A stretch of DNA of 64,000 nt from an uncultured Alphaproteobacteria bacterium. Its GTDB lineage: Bacteria; Pseudomonadota; Alphaproteobacteria; RF32; CAG-239. The DNA is taken from assembly GCA_944391695.1 (NCBI GenBank), contig CALXUO010000030.1, positions 5,100 through 69,099 on the forward strand, given 5' to 3'. Both the position numbers and the translations under genes were made by a program. Below the pieces are notes generated by a model. It was not told where the DNA came from. It searched no databases and saw only the letters and a list, made by a program, of their open reading frames with translations. This document shows, in pieces, positions 1-9,961 of the stretch; the first letter of the stretch is position 1, and each line of letters opens with the position of its first letter.

Positions 1-1000
1 AAATAACGGAATAGTGTATCAAAATAATATGCTGGTCGGCGATGAGAGAAATGCCAAAGAATTGGTGCTTGACGGACAAAAAATAAATTATCCGCTGAAA
101 CCAATCATTGACGGAGAAAAAGGAGAAGAGAAAAAAATAAATAACGGACTTAAAAATCTGTATTTGAGCCATGCCGGATTTTTTGAATATGATGTCGGTG
201 AAAATTTGAAAGTGAAAGAATTGTTGAGTGTTGAAAACAGTAGCGGAGAAATGCCGGCAGCGGCTATGGTTGATATGGATTATGATGAATTGTTGAAAAA
301 TTATTTGCCGACAGGTAAAAAATATTCGGTAGCAATTTTGGCTGAGGGAAAATTTGTTTCAATGTTTGACAAGCCGCTAATCGAAGATGCCGAGATGATG
401 CTTAAAATGCCGCCTTTTTTGAGTGTGCCGCTTAAGGAGGGAAAGCTTTTGCTAATTGGGGACAGCGATATGTTTTCGGCTGATTTGTGGGATGCAAAAT
501 ATAAAGAAAAGCACGGTGCTTATGAGGCTGTTTTTATCTCGGATAATATGCGCTTTTTGCTAAAGGCGGTTGATTATATGACCGAAAGCGGGTATGTAAC
601 GTTAACTGCAAAAGCAGGGCGCCTAAGTCTTGTCAGTGTTGCTCAGGTGTTGCGAGATAAGGCTATGGCAAATTATGCCAAACAAAAGGAAGATAGTGAA
701 AAAAAATTAATGCAAATTAGGCAGAATATGGCTATTATAGGTGATAAGACCAAAGCAAAAGGTTTGACAACAATTGCTCAGTTTAAGGAAATGGAAGAGC
801 TGCAGAGAGCAGAAATGGCAGAAAATAGAAATTTGGAGCAAATAGAATATTTGATTAATAAAAAATATCAGAGCTATTTGGATTGGCTGGCATGGATGTT
901 GATTGTTGTTATTCCTTTGGGAGTTGCGGCGGCGATATGGGGGATTTATTATGCTTATGAGCTTGGGGCTAAGCGAAAAGCCAGGGAGTATGTGAAATGA
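1..1000 (+). CDS. ABC-type transport auxiliary component, GldG-like (C-terminal part; gene continues upstream of window)
   Basis: Frame is open from nt 2, so the GTG at 14 is an ORF-caller artifact. 'LLLIGDSDMFSADLW' and 'MRFLLKAVDYM' resemble the ABC_transp_aux (GldG) C-terminal region. Single C-terminal TM helix, as in GldG. Followed by a DUF4340-like gene. Confidence 0.4.
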   Translation, partial: NNGIVYQNNMLVGDERNAKELVLDGQKINYPLKPIIDGEKGEEKKINNGLKNLYLSHAGFFEYDVGENLKVKELLSVENSSGEMPAAAMVDMDYDELLKNYLPTGKKYSVAILAEGKFVSMFDKPLIEDAEMMLKMPPFLSVPLKEGKLLLIGDSDMFSADLWDAKYKEKHGAYEAVFISDNMRFLLKAVDYMTESGYVTLTAKAGRLSLVSVAQVLRDKAMANYAKQKEDSEKKLMQIRQNMAIIGDKTKAKGLTTIAQFKEMEELQRAEMAENRNLEQIEYLINKKYQSYLDWLAWMLIVVIPLGVAAAIWGIYYAYELGAKRKAREYVK

Positions 1001-1971
1001 ACAGAAAAAATTTAATCAGTGTAATCGTGTTGGCCGTTATTGCTTTGGCGGCAGTATGGAGCGGAGTTTATTTTAGTGTTTGGCAAAATGAAACTAAAAT
1101 GCAAGGAAAGTTGGTGTTTGCCAAGACTTTTGATTTGGGTGATAAGGTCGATCGCATAGTTATTACAACATCTGATGATGTGATTGATCTGAGGCAGGAG
1201 AAAAGTTTTTGGTTGGTGGAAAATAAAGGTGGATATTTTGCCGATTTTTCGACCATACATAGATTTTTGAGCTCAATAAATGAGAGTGTGTATGCAGTAA
1301 AACTGCCTTATAAAAAAGAAACGTTGAAAGAAAATTATTTGCTAAATCCCAAAGAAGATAAAAATTATGGCGGAATGCTGATACAGACTTTTGCCGGTAA
1401 TGAGATGCTTGATGAAATGATTGTGGGGTTGCCAGTAAAAGACGATAAATATTTCTTCGCCAGAAATCTTGAAAAAAAAGAGATTTGGTTGATTGATGGT
1501 GATTTTAATTTGCCGATTATGGCTAAGTATTGGCTTTTGAGGCCGGTGTTGTCGATACCTGAAAATCAGGTGGAAGTTCTTACCATAGGTGAAACATATG
1601 CTCAGCGTGAAAATAAGACACCTTATTTTAAGAATAATTTGGAACAAAATGTTAATGTCGAGGCACTACTTAATGTGTTGAGCGGTATTGTTGTGGTTGA
1701 TGCCAGGAAAAAAGATGATTTTGAAAAAGAAGGACTTGATAAATTGCAATCAAAAGTGATTGATGTGATTACCGTTTATGGCTTGGAAGTTATTTGCAGG
1801 CTTTATTATGACGATAAAAATGTTTGGCTGAACATTAATTTGACAACCACACCTCTTCCAATGTCGGCAGTTAATGATTATATCAGAGATAACCGCTTCT
1901 TGTACGATGGATGGTATTTTGAGATATCTCCGGGTCAGGGGCATATTTTGAGAGATTTTCGTCTGATATAG
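997..1971 (+). CDS. membrane-anchored hypothetical protein, DUF4340-like (GldG-associated)
   Basis: N-terminal TM helix 'ISVIVLAVIALAAVWSGVYF'. 4-nt overlap with the upstream gene suggests translational coupling. Size and position are typical of DUF4340 proteins downstream of gldG. Confidence 0.4.
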   Translation: MNRKNLISVIVLAVIALAAVWSGVYFSVWQNETKMQGKLVFAKTFDLGDKVDRIVITTSDDVIDLRQEKSFWLVENKGGYFADFSTIHRFLSSINESVYAVKLPYKKETLKENYLLNPKEDKNYGGMLIQTFAGNEMLDEMIVGLPVKDDKYFFARNLEKKEIWLIDGDFNLPIMAKYWLLRPVLSIPENQVEVLTIGETYAQRENKTPYFKNNLEQNVNVEALLNVLSGIVVVDARKKDDFEKEGLDKLQSKVIDVITVYGLEVICRLYYDDKNVWLNINLTTTPLPMSAVNDYIRDNRFLYDGWYFEISPGQGHILRDFRLI

Positions 1972-1983
1972 TTTGATTGAGGT

Positions 1984-3378
1984 ATGAATAATATAAAAAG
2001 TGTTTCGCCGGAGTTTGTTGCCGACATTGCGACTAATATTTTGGTCGAAGTAGCAAAATCAGGAAAAATTTTGTTTTTTAACACTAAGGCTGCTTGTGTG
2101 TTTGCTAATATACGCAAGCCTGGAGTGTATTTGAAAAATGTAGTGGTGGATGATGATTTTAGAGTGTTGATGCAAAATATTGATACTGCTTTGTATCAGC
2201 AATATCCGCATCATTTTTACTGGATGCAGAAAGAAAGATTTTATTTGGTTTATGTTTATCCCAAAGATGACAGCGTATGGTTGGTGATGGAAGATATTAC
2301 CGAAAAACGAAGGCAGGCGCATTTGCTTTATTTGAGCTCTCAGAGGATGATGTTTGCCGAAAGAATTGCCAAATTGGGATATTGGGAATTGGATATTGCC
2401 TTGAAAAGGTTTTATTGGTCGGATGAAATGTATAGAATTTTCGGCATTAAGGATAAAAGCAAAACTTATCATCGTAATCTGATACGAGAGTTGTTGCATC
2501 CGGATGATTTGGGAATGTATAAGCAAAAACTTAAGGAACTTATTGGGACGCACAGAGATATTAAAGGTGATGCAAGAATTGTAACCTATGAAGGAGAGCT
2601 TAAGTATTGTCGCTTTATGGCCGGAATTATTTATGAAAGCGGTGAACCTAAGATAGCCGGAGCTTTTCAAGATATTAGCGATTTAATCAAGGCTCAGCAT
2701 CAATTGATTGACGCCAAAAAAGCAGCTGATGAGGCTAATTTGGCTAAGTCATATTTTTTGGCGCAGGCAAGCCATGATATCAGACAGCCTTTGCAGGCAA
2801 TGGATTTGTTTATTGAGGGTTTGAAAAATGCTCCGGTTGAAAAATATCCGGAATTGGCTGATAAACTGAGCGTCCTTAGCCGGAATCTGACTGGGTTGGT
2901 AAATAATTTTTTGGATGTGTCTAAGCTTGATTCTGGAGGTATGGTTTTTGAAGTGCAAAATTTTGATTTGGGCGGACTGGTCGCAAGAATTTGTGACGAA
3001 TATAAAGAAATGGCCGCGGAAAAGCAAATAATTTTGAGTTATAGAGTTGAAAATGTGATTATAAATCAGGATGTTTTTTTGGTTGAGCGTATCTTGCGTA
3101 ATTTACTGAGCAATGCTTTGAAATATGCCAAAACTAAAATAAGAGTTGGCAATACAAAAAATGGCTTTTGGGTTGTTGATGATGGAGATGGTATAGATAA
3201 AAACAAGCAAAAACACATATTTAAAGCTTTTTATCAATGCAACACTTTAAGTGATAGAAGGCGTGGCGGTGCCGGATTGGGGCTTAATATTGTGGAAAAA
3301 ATTGCCGAGGTAATTGGTGCTAAAATAAGGCTTAGATCAAAACTTAAGTGTTATAGCGCGTTTGAGGTGCGGATATAA
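1984..3378 (+). CDS. cytoplasmic PAS-domain sensor histidine kinase
   Basis: H-box 'AQASHDIRQPL'. ATPase G-boxes 'DDGDGID' and 'GGAGLGLNIVEKI'. PAS-like region around 'ERIAKLGYWELD'. No TM segment. No response regulator adjacent. Confidence 0.8.
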   Translation: MNNIKSVSPEFVADIATNILVEVAKSGKILFFNTKAACVFANIRKPGVYLKNVVVDDDFRVLMQNIDTALYQQYPHHFYWMQKERFYLVYVYPKDDSVWLVMEDITEKRRQAHLLYLSSQRMMFAERIAKLGYWELDIALKRFYWSDEMYRIFGIKDKSKTYHRNLIRELLHPDDLGMYKQKLKELIGTHRDIKGDARIVTYEGELKYCRFMAGIIYESGEPKIAGAFQDISDLIKAQHQLIDAKKAADEANLAKSYFLAQASHDIRQPLQAMDLFIEGLKNAPVEKYPELADKLSVLSRNLTGLVNNFLDVSKLDSGGMVFEVQNFDLGGLVARICDEYKEMAAEKQIILSYRVENVIINQDVFLVERILRNLLSNALKYAKTKIRVGNTKNGFWVVDDGDGIDKNKQKHIFKAFYQCNTLSDRRRGGAGLGLNIVEKIAEVIGAKIRLRSKLKCYSAFEVRI

Positions 3379-3451
3379 ATGTAAAAGCATTTGCAATTAT
3401 TTTGGTTTTGGCATAGACTGCATTACAGTTTTAACAGCTATAGTGATACAA

Positions 3452-5215
3452 ATGTTTGAAGATATTAAAGAAAAAATCGTTAATTCGCAGATGTGCCGCA
3501 ATTATAAAAAAATGTGGAAATATGTTAAGCCATATTGGGGAAGGGCCGTATTGGCTTTGGTGATTACAATTCCAATCGGCGCTATGGATGCGGTTATTGC
3601 TTGGGCGTTAAAACCTTACATGGATATTGTTATGATTGAAAAAGGAAGCAATTATACGGCTTATATTCCGCTTTTGATTATATTATTTACTTTGATACAA
3701 AGTGTTTTTAATTACTCGGCAACTTATCTCAATACTTGGGTTGGACAAAAGGTTTCGATGGGACTTAAGGTGGATTTGTTTAAAAAATTGTTGCATTATG
3801 ATGCGGCTTTTTTTGATAGCCGTAATTCGGGAGAAATTGTTTATCGGTTTAATAATGATGTGGATATGAGCTGTAATGGTTTGTTGGCTAATCTTAAGCT
3901 CTTTACCACAAGATTGTTTTCTTCGATATCTTTGATTGTGGTATTGTTTTATAATTCTTGGCAATTGGCAATAGTGGCAGTCGTGGTGCTGGGAGCGGCA
4001 TTGTATCCGCTTACGACAGTTAAGAAAAGAATTAAAACGGTAATGGATAAATCGGTCTTTTCCGGTTCGGCTGTGGTTACCCATTTTAATGAAACTTTTA
4101 GCGGAAATAGAATAATCAGCTCTTATAATCTGTATGACTATCAGGAAAAAAGATTTAGCGATACTTTACGGCAATGTTTTAAGCTGGGAATTAAGATGAC
4201 ACAGCGTACGGGTATTTTATCGCCGATGATGCATTTTATTGTGTCGGTTGGTATTGCCGCGGTTATTTGGCTGGGAAGTTACCTGATTGTTACACACGAA
4301 ATTACTCCGGGTAATTTTGTATCGTTTATTGCAGCACTTATTATGCTTTATACACCGATTAAGGCTATCGGAAATAATTTTAATGCGGTGCAGATGGCTT
4401 TGATGGCTATGGATAGAGTTTTTTCGTTGTTGGACGGAATGCCTGCCATAAGATCTAAAGAAAATGCCATTGTGCTTAAAGGAATAAACAAGGGAATAGA
4501 ATACAAAAATGTTTGTTTTGAGTATGAAAAAAATAAACCGGTATTAAAAAATATAAATCTTAAGATTGCAAAAGGAGAAACTATTGCGTTTGTCGGTAAT
4601 TCGGGCGGCGGAAAAACAACCATGGTTAACTTGCTGCCAAGATTTTATGACGTAACATCGGGAGAGCTGTTGATAGACGGGATAAATGTTAAAGATTTGG
4701 ATTTGGATTCTTTGCGGGATAAAATTGCAATAGTTTTTCAAGATAATTTTTTATTTGCAGGAACAATCAGAGATAATATTTTGCTTGGGAATGAGAACGC
4801 AACCGAAGAGGAAATAAAAGAAGCCGTAAAGGATGCTTGTTTGGAAGAATTTGTCAAGGGATTGAAGCAAGGACTGGATACGCCAATAGGAGAGCGAGGA
4901 GCTTTACTTTCTGGCGGGCAAAAACAGCGTATTGCCATTGCCAGGGCGTTTTTGAAGAATGCTCCAATAGTTATTTTGGATGAGGCGACATCGGCTTTGG
5001 ACAATAAATCTGAGGCTGTGGTGCAGCAAGCTGTTGACAATTTGATGAAAGACAGAACCGTGTTTATTATTGCACACAGGCTGTCAACGGTTAGAAATGC
5101 CGATAAAATCGTGGTGATAAACTATGGTGAATTGGTTGAAAGCGGAACGCATGACGAGTTGCTTAAAAAAGAAAATTCGATTTATGCATCGCTGTATCAA
5201 TCGCAACTTAAATAG
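3452..5215 (+). CDS. ABC exporter, fused permease-ATPase (MsbA / lipid A-multidrug export family)
   Basis: Six-TM N-terminal domain. Walker A 'GNSGGGKTT', signature 'LSGGQKQRIAIARA', Walker B 'VILDEATSALD'. Start chosen at the first in-frame ATG (3452); alternatives at 3491 and 3512. Confidence 0.85.
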   Translation: MFEDIKEKIVNSQMCRNYKKMWKYVKPYWGRAVLALVITIPIGAMDAVIAWALKPYMDIVMIEKGSNYTAYIPLLIILFTLIQSVFNYSATYLNTWVGQKVSMGLKVDLFKKLLHYDAAFFDSRNSGEIVYRFNNDVDMSCNGLLANLKLFTTRLFSSISLIVVLFYNSWQLAIVAVVVLGAALYPLTTVKKRIKTVMDKSVFSGSAVVTHFNETFSGNRIISSYNLYDYQEKRFSDTLRQCFKLGIKMTQRTGILSPMMHFIVSVGIAAVIWLGSYLIVTHEITPGNFVSFIAALIMLYTPIKAIGNNFNAVQMALMAMDRVFSLLDGMPAIRSKENAIVLKGINKGIEYKNVCFEYEKNKPVLKNINLKIAKGETIAFVGNSGGGKTTMVNLLPRFYDVTSGELLIDGINVKDLDLDSLRDKIAIVFQDNFLFAGTIRDNILLGNENATEEEIKEAVKDACLEEFVKGLKQGLDTPIGERGALLSGGQKQRIAIARAFLKNAPIVILDEATSALDNKSEAVVQQAVDNLMKDRTVFIIAHRLSTVRNADKIVVINYGELVESGTHDELLKKENSIYASLYQSQLK

Positions 5216-5223
5216 CTTAAAAA

Positions 5224-5258
5224 ATAAGGTTTGTCGGGTGAGGATAAACCTTATTTTA
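5224..5258 (+). terminator. possible rho-independent terminator after the ABC exporter
   Basis: 9-bp stem ataaggttt/aaaccttat with a long 13-nt loop, followed by TTTT. Weak. Confidence 0.35.
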
Positions 5259-5315
5259 ATAATTTGATGATAAAATTTTTAAACTGTGGAGAATTTTTAT
5301 GAAAGGTCGCAAATA

Positions 5316-7910
5316 ATGGCAAATAAGGAAATTAAAACACCTAAGGATTTGGAAAACCTGATTAAAAAAGTGAAAGAGGCGCAGAGGCGCTTTGCAACTT
5401 TTGATCAGGAAACGGTAAATAAAATTTTTAAGGCGGCGGCGACTGCTGCCGACAAGGAGCGAATCCCGCTGGCCAAGATGGCGGTTGAAGATACCGGAAT
5501 GGGAGTGGTGGAAGATAAAATTATTAAAAACCATTTTGCCTCAGAGTATATCTATAATAAATACAAAAATGATAAAACCTGCGGTATTATCAAATCGGAC
5601 AAAACAAACGGCGTTAAAATAGTGGCTGAGCCGTTGGGTGTTATGGCCGGAGTGGTGCCGACAACCAATCCTACATCAACAGCAATTTTTAAGGCACTTA
5701 TTTGTTTGAAAACTCGTAACGCTATTATATTTTCGCCGCACCCGAGGGCTAAAAAGTCGACAATTGAAGCGGCTAAAGTTGTTTATGAGGCGGCAGTTAA
5801 AGCCGGTGCACCGGAAAATATTATTGCCTGGATTGATGAACCATCGATTGAGCTAACGGATATTTTGATGACGCATCCTTTAGTTGACGGGATTTTGGCA
5901 ACCGGCGGGCCGGGGATGGTTAAGGCTGCTTATTCATCTGGAAAACCGGCGCTTGGAGTAGGGGCTGGTAATGTGCCGGCAATTATTGATGAGACGGCTG
6001 ATGTCGAGATGGCGGTTTCTTATATTTTGATGTCGAAAACCTTTGATAACGGAATGATTTGTGCTTCGGAACAATCGGTTATTGCGCTGAAGCAAGTTTA
6101 TGAAAAAGTTAAGAAAGAGTTTGTTTTGCGCGGAGCGCACTTGCTGGCTCCAAAAGAGGCTGAAAAGTTATCCAAAATTATTTTGACGCCCAAAGGCGTT
6201 AATCCGGAGATTGTTGGGCAGCCGGCGGTTAAGATTGCTAAAATGGCAGGAATTAACGTGGCTGATCATACTAAAATATTGTTGGCCGAACAAAAAGTCA
6301 TAGATGTGGCTAATCCGTATGCTCATGAAAAATTGTCGCCGATTTTGACACTTTATCAGGCAGATGATTTTGAAACGGCGGTTGACAAGGCTTTGCATTT
6401 GGTAGAGCTTGGCGGTATGGGGCATACTTCGGTTTTGTATACCGATACCAGAAAGCAAGACAGAGTTGATTATTTTGCCAAAAAGCTGCCGACCGGAAGG
6501 TTGCTGGTTAATTCGCCTTCATCGCAGGGAGGAATCGGCGATTTGTTTAACTTTAGATTGGAGCCGTCGTTGACATTGGGTTGTGGCTCGTGGGGTGGAA
6601 ACTCCGTTAGTGAAAATGTTGGGGTTAAGCATTTGTTGAATTATAAAACCGTTGCCGAGAGGAGAGAAAATATGTTGTGGTTTAGAGTACCGCCAAAAAT
6701 TTATTTTAAACGCGGAGCAACGGATTTTGCTTTGCGCGAGTTGGAAGGCAAAAAAAGAGCCTTTATTGTTACTGACAGGTATTTGTTTGATTCGGGTATG
6801 GTTAGCGCCATTACCAATGTTTTGGAAGAAATGGATATTGAGTATCAGATTTTCTTTGATGTGAAACCTGATCCTACAATATCTACCATTGAGGAAGCTT
6901 TGGTGATGATTAATGTGTTTAAGCCGGATGTTTTTATATCTTTTGGCGGCGGTTCGCCGATGGATGCGGCCAAAATTATGTGGCTTAAATATGAAAGGCC
7001 GGATTTGGAATTTGAAGATGTGGCTATGCGTTTTATGGATATCAGAAAACGTATTTGCGCTATCGGCGAATTGGGCAAAAAAGCTATGATGGTTGCTATT
7101 CCGACAACATCGGGTACCGGTTCTGAGGTTACGCCGTTTGCGGTCATTACCGATGATGTAAGTCATGTAAAATATGCTATTGCCGACTATGCTTTGACAC
7201 CTAATATGGCAATTGTTGATGCCAACTTTGTGGATAATATGCCAAAAGGCCTGACTTCGGCCGGCGGTATTGACGCCCTGGTTCATGCTTTGGAAGCCTA
7301 TGTTTCGGTTATGGCGACAAACTTTACCAACTCGGCGGCTTTGGAGGCGGCTAAGCAGGTGTTCCGATATCTGCCGCGAGCCTATAAAAACGGCGCCGAT
7401 GATCCGAAAGCCAGAGAGAAAATGCATCATGCGGCAACAATCGCCGGTATGGCTTTTGCCAATGCCTTTTTGGGTCTGTGTCACTCCATGGCGCATAAAC
7501 TCGGGGCCGCATTTAATATTCCGCACGGAATTGCCAATGCGTTGTTGATTTGTCAAATTATCAAATATAACGCAACTGATTGTCCGCGCAAGCAGGCGAT
7601 ATTCCCGCAATATAAAGTGCCGGAAGCTAAAAAACGCTATGCGCAGATTGCCAACAACCTAAAGCTTAAGGGCAGAACCGATGATGAAAAGGTTGCTGCT
7701 TTGATTGAGGCTATTGCCGAATTGAAAAAAGAAATTGAAATTCCGGCATCGATTAAAGAATGGGGCATATCGAAAAAAGATTTTGAAGCCAAGCTTGATT
7801 GGTTGGTTGAGAATGCTTTTGACGATCAGTGCACGGGAGCAAATCCGGTATATCCTTTGATGGAAGATATCAGGAAAATTTATATGGATGCCTTTGAAGG
7901 AAAAATATAA
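5316..7910 (+). CDS. adhE: bifunctional acetaldehyde-CoA / alcohol dehydrogenase
   Basis: N-terminal aldehyde dehydrogenase and C-terminal Fe-ADH domains ('GGGSPMDAAK'), 865 aa. N-terminus 'MANKEIKTPKDLENLIKKVKEAQRRFA' matches typical AdhE. RBS 'aaagg' upstream of ATG 5316; the GTG at 5286 is a caller artifact. Confidence 0.95.
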   Translation: MANKEIKTPKDLENLIKKVKEAQRRFATFDQETVNKIFKAAATAADKERIPLAKMAVEDTGMGVVEDKIIKNHFASEYIYNKYKNDKTCGIIKSDKTNGVKIVAEPLGVMAGVVPTTNPTSTAIFKALICLKTRNAIIFSPHPRAKKSTIEAAKVVYEAAVKAGAPENIIAWIDEPSIELTDILMTHPLVDGILATGGPGMVKAAYSSGKPALGVGAGNVPAIIDETADVEMAVSYILMSKTFDNGMICASEQSVIALKQVYEKVKKEFVLRGAHLLAPKEAEKLSKIILTPKGVNPEIVGQPAVKIAKMAGINVADHTKILLAEQKVIDVANPYAHEKLSPILTLYQADDFETAVDKALHLVELGGMGHTSVLYTDTRKQDRVDYFAKKLPTGRLLVNSPSSQGGIGDLFNFRLEPSLTLGCGSWGGNSVSENVGVKHLLNYKTVAERRENMLWFRVPPKIYFKRGATDFALRELEGKKRAFIVTDRYLFDSGMVSAITNVLEEMDIEYQIFFDVKPDPTISTIEEALVMINVFKPDVFISFGGGSPMDAAKIMWLKYERPDLEFEDVAMRFMDIRKRICAIGELGKKAMMVAIPTTSGTGSEVTPFAVITDDVSHVKYAIADYALTPNMAIVDANFVDNMPKGLTSAGGIDALVHALEAYVSVMATNFTNSAALEAAKQVFRYLPRAYKNGADDPKAREKMHHAATIAGMAFANAFLGLCHSMAHKLGAAFNIPHGIANALLICQIIKYNATDCPRKQAIFPQYKVPEAKKRYAQIANNLKLKGRTDDEKVAALIEAIAELKKEIEIPASIKEWGISKKDFEAKLDWLVENAFDDQCTGANPVYPLMEDIRKIYMDAFEGKI

Positions 7911-7952
7911 ATTGGTATAAATCAACCCCTTTGGTGGTAAAGGAGGCGCTTG

Positions 7953-8195
7953 ATGCCCAAAAAGATACAGATTTGTATGGGAAGTTCGTGTTTTGCACGT
8001 GGCAATAACAAAAATTTGGATGCCATTATGCGTTATATTAAAGATAACGGATTGGAGGCAGAAGTGGAAATTTCCGGATTGCGGTGTTGCAATCAGTGTG
8101 CAAACGGGCCGAATATTGCTATTGAAGGGGTTGAGTATCATAATGTTGATACCGGAACAATAATTGATATTTTGGATAAGACTTTTAAGGAGTAG
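7953..8195 (+). CDS. thioredoxin-like [2Fe-2S] ferredoxin (NuoE/HydC-type small protein)
   Basis: C-x4-C ... C-x3-C pattern ('CMGSSC' ... 'CCNQC'). Perfect RBS AGGAGG 6 nt before ATG 7953. Confidence 0.6.
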   Translation: MPKKIQICMGSSCFARGNNKNLDAIMRYIKDNGLEAEVEISGLRCCNQCANGPNIAIEGVEYHNVDTGTIIDILDKTFKE

Positions 8196-8200
8196 GACTG

Positions 8201-9958
8201 ATGTCTAGCCGCGAGCATCCGTTGTTTACAATTAAGAACGATTGCCAAGACTGTTATAAATGTGTGCGAGAGTGCCCGGTTAAGGCAATTAAGATTGAAG
8301 ATAATTCGGCGCAAATCGTGCCGGAATTGTGTGTGGCTTGCGGTAAATGCTACAAGGTTTGTCCGGTTAGGGCCAAACAAGATCGAGATGATGTTCCTCG
8401 GGCCAAAAATATGTTACAATCTGGTGAAAAAGTTTATGTATCGTTGGCGCCGTCGTGGGTGGCTGAATTTGAAAATGTTACCAAAGAGCAACTGTTGACG
8501 GCAATTAAGGCTTTGGGGTTTGCAGGGGTTAGTGAAACAGCTCTCGGAGCAGAAGAGGTTTCAGCTCATGTGGTAAGGTTTTTATCAAAGCAGAAAAAAG
8601 GATTGTTTCTGTCAACTGCTTGTCCGGCATTTGTTGAATACATTAATAAATATATGCCTGATTTGAGCGCTAATCTGACGCCAGTGCTTTCTCCGGTGTT
8701 GTCGCATTGTAAATTAATGCGAAAGAAATTGGGAGACGATATTAAAATAGTATTTGTGGGACCTTGCATTGCCAAAAAATTTGAGGCTGACAGAAATGCC
8801 GATTTGTTGAATTTGAGTATATCTTTTAGAGATTTGCGGCGCTGGTTTAGAGAAAAAGGAATTGATTATCATAATATAACCCCAGAAAAAGGAATTGATT
8901 TTGTTTATAAAAGAGCAGAAGAGGGGCGCTATTATCCGATTGAGGGGGGAATGATTGAAACAATTCGTCCTTATGGCGGAATGGATCATGTTTATATGAT
9001 GCAATTGACTGGGCTAGAAAACATTCAACGCGAGCTTGAAACAATAAGAGGAAATATACCTGAAAAGCCGGTGTTTATGGAATGTTTGGCTTGTGAGGGA
9101 GGATGTGTTAACGGGCCTTGCACCAGAAAACTTAAGTCTGGATTTGAAAAAAGAACCAAAATATTGGAGGATGCGAAGGTTTCGGAAAAAACCGGAAAAC
9201 GTAAGCCTGAGGTTGATATAGATAAAGAATATGCCCAAAATCCGGTGGAAAATCATACATATACCGAAGAGCAAATTAAGAGAGTTCTTAATATGCTTGG
9301 TAAATATACTTTGGAAGATGAGATTAACTGCAATGCCTGTGGGTATGATAATTGTCGTAATTTTGCCAAAGCTATTTTGGATGGCAAGGCTGAAATTGAT
9401 ATGTGCGTATCGCATATTAAACAGCAGGCGCAGCGCAAGGCCAATGCTTTGTTGAAATGTATTCCTTCACCGATTGTGATTGTTAATTCCAAGTTGTCAA
9501 TAATGGAATATAATGATTATTTCGTTAAAGAGTTTTGGAATGATGAAGAACATGGTGATATCTATGATAAAAACAATTTGATCGGGGCAAATTTGAGAGA
9601 TTTTATCGGTTTTACCAATTTGTTTTCCGCCTCGCTTGATTTGGGAGAAGATGTTAAAAGAGAAAATGCAAAACATCAGGGAAAAGTTTATGATGTGATG
9701 GTGTTTAATATTGAACAAAAGCAAGTAGTCGGCGGTGTTATTCAAGATGTGACCAATGTGGAAATAAAACGTGAGAAAATTGCCGAAAAGGCCAAAGAGG
9801 TTATAGAGAAAAACTTGGCAACGGTGCAACAAATTGCTTGTACTTTGGGTGAGCATATGGCAGAAACCGAGGTCTTGTTGCGATCAATTGCCAAAGATTA
9901 TGCCGCGGACGATTATGACAAGCCCAATATCACAATTCGCAATAAGAGGGATGAATAG
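8201..9958 (+). CDS. hydS: putative H2-sensing [FeFe]-hydrogenase with C-terminal PAS domain (HydS/HfsB-like, group C)
   Basis: Two N-terminal 4Fe-4S ferredoxin motifs (CxxCxxCxxxCP). H-cluster motifs are present but degenerate: L1 'TACP' instead of TSCCP, L2 'GPCIAKKFE', L3 'MECLACEGGCVNGP'. C-terminal ~180 aa is PAS-like. RBS AAGGAG. Confidence 0.8.
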   Translation: MSSREHPLFTIKNDCQDCYKCVRECPVKAIKIEDNSAQIVPELCVACGKCYKVCPVRAKQDRDDVPRAKNMLQSGEKVYVSLAPSWVAEFENVTKEQLLTAIKALGFAGVSETALGAEEVSAHVVRFLSKQKKGLFLSTACPAFVEYINKYMPDLSANLTPVLSPVLSHCKLMRKKLGDDIKIVFVGPCIAKKFEADRNADLLNLSISFRDLRRWFREKGIDYHNITPEKGIDFVYKRAEEGRYYPIEGGMIETIRPYGGMDHVYMMQLTGLENIQRELETIRGNIPEKPVFMECLACEGGCVNGPCTRKLKSGFEKRTKILEDAKVSEKTGKRKPEVDIDKEYAQNPVENHTYTEEQIKRVLNMLGKYTLEDEINCNACGYDNCRNFAKAILDGKAEIDMCVSHIKQQAQRKANALLKCIPSPIVIVNSKLSIMEYNDYFVKEFWNDEEHGDIYDKNNLIGANLRDFIGFTNLFSASLDLGEDVKRENAKHQGKVYDVMVFNIEQKQVVGGVIQDVTNVEIKREKIAEKAKEVIEKNLATVQQIACTLGEHMAETEVLLRSIAKDYAADDYDKPNITIRNKRDE

Positions 9959-9961
9959 TTA

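Noticed and set aside
6519-7610. 363-aa ORF on the minus strand inside adhE
   Set aside because: It is antisense to a very strongly supported AdhE. The translation is Arg/Ser-rich and low-complexity with no motif. This is a typical shadow ORF.
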